Shown one piece after another: positions 59,041-64,000 of a stretch of DNA of 64,000 nucleotides. Source of the stretch: an uncultured Planctomycetota bacterium (GTDB lineage Bacteria; Planctomycetota; Phycisphaerae; Tepidisphaerales; Tepidisphaeraceae); NCBI GenBank assembly GCA_963841915.1, contig CAWJEN010000006.1:1632001-1696000 (forward strand), given 5' to 3'. Made by a program: the position numbers and the translations under genes. Position 1 is the first letter of the stretch, and the number at the start of each line of letters is the position of its first letter. The notes beneath the pieces are model-generated. The model was not told the DNA's origin and made no database searches. It worked only from the letters and a program-made list of their open reading frames with translations.

Positions 59041-60390
59041 ATGTCGGACGATATCGAGCAACCCGCAGAGCCGTGGCTGTTCTCGGGCACACCTGAGAAG
59101 CGGCTTGTGTTCTTCACCGACACGATGCGGGCGATCAGCCGCCACCGGGACCCGCAGCAACTCGTAGCCGACTACTACCGGCGGATGTATGCCGCGTTTC
59201 CGACGGACGGTTATCTGTCGCTGAGCCGCCGCCACCTGCCGCCGCCTCAGTACCGCGTCACTCGCAGCAGCCTGTGGGGCATCGATTTCAACCCGTGGAC
59301 GCAGGGCAGCCAGAAGCCCGTCCACGACCACGGCCTATTGGGCGAACTGCTGTACGCCGAGCAGCCGGTGATCATCGATGACCTGACCACGCGGCTAAGT
59401 GCTGACGATCCGGGCATGCCGTTCTTCGAGGGGCAGCGGTCGCTCCTGGCGGTGCCGATGTTCGATGAGGGCGAGGCAATCAACATGGTCGTCTTCCTGA
59501 GAAAGCAGGCCGACGCGTTCGAGAATAAGTACTTGCCGGACCAGGTTTGGGTCAGCAACCTGTTCGGCCGGGCGACGAACAACCTTGTCCTTCGGCAGCA
59601 AGTCGCCCGCACGAACAAGCGGCTGCAAAAGGAGATGGAGGCCGTCGGCCAGATCCAGCGGTCGCTGCTGCCCGAACGGCTGCCTGAGGTGCCCGGCATC
59701 AAGCTCGCCGCCTACTACGAGGCCAGCACGCAAGCGGGTGGCGACTACTATGACTTCTTCGAGCTGCCCAACGGCAAGCTCGGCATCCTGATGGCGGACG
59801 TCAGCGGTCACGGCACACCTGCCGCCGTGCTGATGGCCGTCGTGCACGCCATTGCACACGCCATCGAGGATCCGCCGCTCCCCGATCCCCCCGGTCGGCT
59901 GATGGCCCACCTCAATCGCCACCTGTGCGAGCGATACACGAAGAAGGGCGGCACCTTCGTCACCGCCTGGTATGGCGTGCTTGATCCCAAGACGCGGCTG
60001 CTCCGCTACGCCAACGCCGGTCACCCGACGCCGCGGCTCAAGCACGACAACACGCGTACTGACGGCAAAGCTGGCCAGGCGGTTCCACTCGGAGACGGTG
60101 CACGCGCCCGCAGCCTGCCGCTCGGCATCGACCCGCACGAGACCTTTCCCGACGACGAGACGACGCTCGAAGCGGGGGATGTGCTCATCGCATACACCGA
60201 TGGTTTCAGCGAGGCTCGCGGGCATGGCAGCCGGGAGATGTGGGGCACCGACGGGCTCGACGAAGCGCTGGTCGCGTGTCGCTGCTCGCCCAAGCCATTG
60301 CTCGAAGACCTTGTCGCCCGCTTGGCCGGCTACACCGGTGGCGAGCCAGCAGACGATGATCGGACGGCTGTCGTCGCAAAAATCGCTTGA
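59041..60390 (+). CDS. GAF plus PP2C (SpoIIE/RsbU-like) phosphatase
   Basis: IQRSLLP, GGDYYD, ADVSGHG, NAGH, YTDG, DDRT. Confidence 0.93.
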   Translation: MSDDIEQPAEPWLFSGTPEKRLVFFTDTMRAISRHRDPQQLVADYYRRMYAAFPTDGYLSLSRRHLPPPQYRVTRSSLWGIDFNPWTQGSQKPVHDHGLLGELLYAEQPVIIDDLTTRLSADDPGMPFFEGQRSLLAVPMFDEGEAINMVVFLRKQADAFENKYLPDQVWVSNLFGRATNNLVLRQQVARTNKRLQKEMEAVGQIQRSLLPERLPEVPGIKLAAYYEASTQAGGDYYDFFELPNGKLGILMADVSGHGTPAAVLMAVVHAIAHAIEDPPLPDPPGRLMAHLNRHLCERYTKKGGTFVTAWYGVLDPKTRLLRYANAGHPTPRLKHDNTRTDGKAGQAVPLGDGARARSLPLGIDPHETFPDDETTLEAGDVLIAYTDGFSEARGHGSREMWGTDGLDEALVACRCSPKPLLEDLVARLAGYTGGEPADDDRTAVVAKIA

Positions 60391-60403
60391 ATCTGAACAC
60401 CGT

Positions 60404-61171
60404 TCAGGTCGCGACTGCGAGTCGCGTTTCCATCGTCTCGACCGCTGCAAGCCACCTGGGCGCGATGTTCGGCCCACCGGGTAGCACCCGCTTGTTCAGC
60501 GTGCCGGCATGATCAACAGGCCAGTGATCGAGCACCTCGCCCCAACGGCTCGAGTGCTTGGAGACGAGGCCATCGTTTGCTCCTTCTTCGCGCTCGATGA
60601 TGCCGCCGCTGAAACGGAATAACGGGTTCATGGCGGCAACAGGCGCTGCCGTCGTGACGCTGAAATACCGCACCTCCGGCACGTCGCGTGTTGCAAGATT
60701 GAACCGCCTGGCCGCGTCGCGGGTGAGCGCCTGACCGGCATCGACGTCAAGTCCAAACTGCTGCAGACGGGTGTAAATGCCCGCCTGGTCCTGCAAATGT
60801 GTCATGCAGTAGTCGGCGAAGCTCGTGCCGCGATGCGGCGTGGCGACGGTGAGCAGCGCGTCGACGCCGTGCCTGCCGAGGTGTGTGAGCAGATGCCGAC
60901 AGTCGAGCCCACCCATGCTGTGACCGATCAGCAGGCAACGCTCTTTGTCGGCGACGTGTTCATCGAGAAAGCGTGCGATCTGCAGCGCCCGACGCTCGAT
61001 GCCAGCCAGCGGGTGCGTGGGCGGACACAGCACACGGTGGCCGTTCGTCTCGAGCAGTTCCTTGACGCCGTTGAAGTAACGAACACCCGGCAGGGCGAAC
61101 GGGCCGAACCCTTTGGCTGCGATGTCGAAGAAGCGGCCGAAGAAGCCCTGGCACAGCACGATTGTCGACAC
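60404..61171 (-). CDS. Alpha/beta hydrolase, lipase-like
   Basis: GHSMGG, ATPHRGT, NDGLVS, DH; start probably GTG 61171. Confidence 0.88.
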   Translation of the reverse strand: MSTIVLCQGFFGRFFDIAAKGFGPFALPGVRYFNGVKELLETNGHRVLCPPTHPLAGIERRALQIARFLDEHVADKERCLLIGHSMGGLDCRHLLTHLGRHGVDALLTVATPHRGTSFADYCMTHLQDQAGIYTRLQQFGLDVDAGQALTRDAARRFNLATRDVPEVRYFSVTTAAPVAAMNPLFRFSGGIIEREEGANDGLVSKHSSRWGEVLDHWPVDHAGTLNKRVLPGGPNIAPRWLAAVETMETRLAVAT

Positions 61172-61239
61172 GACGGGAGCGTATGACGCGTCCGTTGCTC
61201 CCGAGCGGCCGATGCCGTCGCGGCTGCTATCGTGCGGAC

Positions 61240-62694
61240 GTGCCGATTGCTTTGCCCGTGCTGACGGACCCGAATGCTCCTGAAAAGAAGGAGAAATGCG
61301 GCGTGTTCGGCGTGTGGGGCACGCCCGACGCCGCAGCGCTGACGTACACGGCACTCTTTGCCCAACAGCACCGTGGCCAGGAGTCAGCAGGCATAGCCGT
61401 CACCGACGGCAACGACCTTACCGGTCATGCCGACATGGGGCTCGTCAGCCAGGTTTTCCAGCCTGAGGTGCTCGACAAGCTCAGCGGCACGTCGGCCGTC
61501 GGGCACGTCCGCTACTCGACCACCGGTTCAAGCCAATGGTGCAACGCCCAGCCGCTCCTGCAACGCTTCCACCTCGGCCCGGTGGCGGTCGCACACAACG
61601 GCAACCTCATCAACGCCGGCCTGATCCGTCGGGAATATGAGGAAGACGGCGCAATCTTCCAGACGGCAACGGACACCGAGGTCATCGTCCACATGCTCGC
61701 CCGCCCGCGGCACGCGGTTAAGCCGGATCCGCTAGGGCACGTGCTGAGCCATCTGCAGGGCGCGTTCAGCCTGATTTTCCTGTTCCCCGACCGCATCGAG
61801 GCCGCCCGCGATCCGTGGGGCATTCGCCCGCTGAGCCTCGGTAAAACGGCTGATGGGCAATGGGTCGTCGCCAGTGAGACGTGTGCTTTTGACGCCATCG
61901 GGGCGACTTTCGAGCGAGACCTGGAGCCGGGCGAGATTGTTCGAATCGACGACAACGGCGTAACGAGTCGTCGCTACGCGGAGGAGAATGTCGCCCGGGC
62001 ACGCTGTGCGTTCGAACTCGTCTACTTCGCCAACCCGGCAAGCGTGATGTGGGGCCGAAACGTGCACCAGGCGCGCGAGGCGATGGGACGACAACTGGCG
62101 AAGGAAGCACCGGCCGACGGTGCCGTGGCCGTCATGCCGATGCCCGACAGCGGTCGATCGGCAGCGCTCGGCTTTGCCAAGGAAAGCGGGCTGGAGTTCG
62201 AAGAAGCCATAGTGCCCAACCGCTTCGTCGGCCGCACGTTCATCCTGCCGAACCAAAAGCTGCGGGACCGCATGGTGTCGCTGAAGCTCAACATCATTGC
62301 TAGTCTGGTGAAAGACCGGGAGATCGTGGTGGTCGACGACAGCATCGTCCGCGGCACGACGACGCGATCGAAGATGCGGGCTTTGCGTCGTGCCGGCGCC
62401 AAGAAGATTCACCTGCGGATCAGCTGCCCGCCGATCCGCAATCCGTGCTTCTACGGGATCGACTTTGCCACCAAGAGCGAGCTCATCGCCGACGGGCGCA
62501 CGGTGGATGAAATACGCGATTTTCTGGAGATCGACTCACTGGCGTACCTCTCGCTCGACGGCATGCTCGAAGCTGCGGGCATGAGCCGGGAAACGGCCTG
62601 CTCGGCCTGCTGGACCGGCGAATACAAGGTGCCCGTCGACGAGACCTACGGCAAGTTCAACTTCGAACGGCGGCAGCTCCGCATGTTCCGCTGA
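61240..62694 (+). CDS. purF: Amidophosphoribosyltransferase
   Basis: Propeptide then CGVFG, QHRGQESAGI, GHVRYST, AHNGN, VDDSIVRGTT; Fe-S cysteines (CAFE, SCPP, CSAC). Confidence 0.97.
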   Translation: MPIALPVLTDPNAPEKKEKCGVFGVWGTPDAAALTYTALFAQQHRGQESAGIAVTDGNDLTGHADMGLVSQVFQPEVLDKLSGTSAVGHVRYSTTGSSQWCNAQPLLQRFHLGPVAVAHNGNLINAGLIRREYEEDGAIFQTATDTEVIVHMLARPRHAVKPDPLGHVLSHLQGAFSLIFLFPDRIEAARDPWGIRPLSLGKTADGQWVVASETCAFDAIGATFERDLEPGEIVRIDDNGVTSRRYAEENVARARCAFELVYFANPASVMWGRNVHQAREAMGRQLAKEAPADGAVAVMPMPDSGRSAALGFAKESGLEFEEAIVPNRFVGRTFILPNQKLRDRMVSLKLNIIASLVKDREIVVVDDSIVRGTTTRSKMRALRRAGAKKIHLRISCPPIRNPCFYGIDFATKSELIADGRTVDEIRDFLEIDSLAYLSLDGMLEAAGMSRETACSACWTGEYKVPVDETYGKFNFERRQLRMFR

Positions 62695-62718
62695 GCAACG
62701 TGGCGTGTAAGGTCGGTG

Positions 62719-63642
62719 ATGCCTCAAGCCGCCGATCTTGTCGAAGCTGCCATCCGTGCCGTCGCAGAAGCCGCCAAGGTGTGCGAGCGGGTCCGCCGTG
62801 ACACGACAGGCGGCGAGTCGCACGCCAAGGACGACCGATCACCCGTGACGGCAGCAGACTTCGCCAGCCAGGTCATTGTCGCGCGGTCGCTTGCAGACAC
62901 GGGATTCGTCATTGTCGCAGAGGAAGAAGCGAGCGATTTCAAGCAGGCCGATGAAGCCATTCGTCGTCGCGTGTGCGACGTAACGGGTGAAACGGAGCAA
63001 AATGTGGCCGAGCTGCTCCGGGCCGGTGGCGGTGAGCCGGCCGGTACGTATTGGGTGCTCGACCCAATCGACGGCACAAAGGGCTTTCTCCGCGGCGGGC
63101 AATACGCCGTTGCCCTGGCACTCATCGAAGACGGCAAACCCACGCTCGGCGTGCTCGGGTGCCCCAAGTGGGACATCGGTCGCATCTTCGTCGGTGTACC
63201 GGGTGACGGCGCGTACAGCTGCACTGTCGCCCGACCTGACTATCGACAAAGCATCACAGCTGTCGGTCAAAATGAGGTGGTTCGCCTCGTCGAGAGCGTC
63301 GAGTCGGGGCACAGCAATCACGATGATTCGGCACGCATCGCCGACGCCATCGGCGTGACCGACGAGCCGCTTCGGATGGACAGTCAGGCCAAGTACGCAG
63401 CTGTCGCGTGTGGCGAGGCTGATCTCTACCTGCGTTTGCCCACCAAGGCGGGGTACGAGGAGAAGGTCTGGGATCACGCAGCAGGCCAGGCGGTGGTCGA
63501 AGCGGCCGGTGGTCGCGTGACGGATCTGGACGGCAAACCGCTTGATTTCACGCAAGGCCGCACGCTTTCTGCCAATCGAGGCATCGTCGCCTCCAACGGC
63601 AAAGCGTTGCACGACGAGGCCCTCAAGGCAGCTCGTCGCTAA
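62719..63642 (+). CDS. 3'(2'),5'-bisphosphate nucleotidase (HAL2-like)
   Basis: KDDRSPVTAADF, AEE, LDPIDGTKGF, DSQAKY, EKVWDHAAG. Confidence 0.92.
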   Translation: MPQAADLVEAAIRAVAEAAKVCERVRRDTTGGESHAKDDRSPVTAADFASQVIVARSLADTGFVIVAEEEASDFKQADEAIRRRVCDVTGETEQNVAELLRAGGGEPAGTYWVLDPIDGTKGFLRGGQYAVALALIEDGKPTLGVLGCPKWDIGRIFVGVPGDGAYSCTVARPDYRQSITAVGQNEVVRLVESVESGHSNHDDSARIADAIGVTDEPLRMDSQAKYAAVACGEADLYLRLPTKAGYEEKVWDHAAGQAVVEAAGGRVTDLDGKPLDFTQGRTLSANRGIVASNGKALHDEALKAARR

Positions 63643-64000
63643 GCCGTGTGGACGACCATCTCGTTGAGCACGCGGTGCAGGTCGCTGACGCAGACGCTGC
63701 CTTCGCCCACGGCGGAGGCGACACGCTTGACGCTGCCAGACCGTATGTCGCCAACGGCAAAGACGCCTGGAAAGCTCGTCTCCAGCGGGTTGGGCATGCG
63801 GTCCAAGGGCCAAGGCTGGCAGCCCGTGTCGTCGTCGCCCTGCGTGACGCTCGTACCTGTCTCGACGAAGCCTCGGTTGTCGAGGCGGAGCGTGCCTCTG
63901 AGCCAGTCGCTGTTGGGCCTGGCACCAATCATAAGAAAGACGTGCCGAATCGGGTGCTGCTTCGGCTCCTTGCCATCGGTTCGGCACGTGACCGTGCTCA
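63639..64000 (-). CDS. Thioredoxin reductase-like FAD-dependent oxidoreductase (C-terminal part)
   Basis: MIGARPNSDWL...ETSFPGVFAVGDIRSGSVKRVASAVGEG; start lies beyond the window end. Confidence 0.88.
   Translation of the reverse strand, partial: STVTCRTDGKEPKQHPIRHVFLMIGARPNSDWLRGTLRLDNRGFVETGTSVTQGDDDTGCQPWPLDRMPNPLETSFPGVFAVGDIRSGSVKRVASAVGEGSVCVSDLHRVLNEMVVHTA

Overview
GC-rich bacterial chromosome segment, most likely Planctomycetota (Phycisphaerae-like). This is inferred from a prepilin/H-X9-DG (DUF1559-type) protein, a PEP-CTERM protein, several sulfatases and the FlgI-like/HTH/smc gene order. 1-15.5 kb is a divergently organised, PUL-like sulfated-glycan utilisation cluster: three sulfatase genes (one cut by the window edge), a sulfatase remnant, an internally deleted sialate O-acetylesterase, a LamG/FG-GAP protein, a DapA-family aldolase, a PEP-CTERM protein, LacI, the prepilin-like protein, an SSS transporter and a GH2, with repeated candidate operators. 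16-64 kb is mostly housekeeping (msrA, tlyA, galU-like, HDIG phosphodiesterase, Mn/Zn ABC operon, mnmG, tdh, smc, obgE, split metH domain, birA, sua5, purF, HAL2-like phosphatase). It also holds several uncharacterised modules: a four-gene HlyD / GAF-HlyD / PqqD-M50-HlyD / truncated-SecA putative secretion operon (41.4-48.7 kb); a tandem HtrA-like protease plus a catalytically dead partner whose PDZ domains interrupt the protease fold; two ABC permeases each fused to a DtxR-like domain; and an orphan FlgI-like lipoprotein coupled to smc. I recognised no rRNA, tRNA, CRISPR array or transposase. All calls come from motif recognition by eye; no database search was run.
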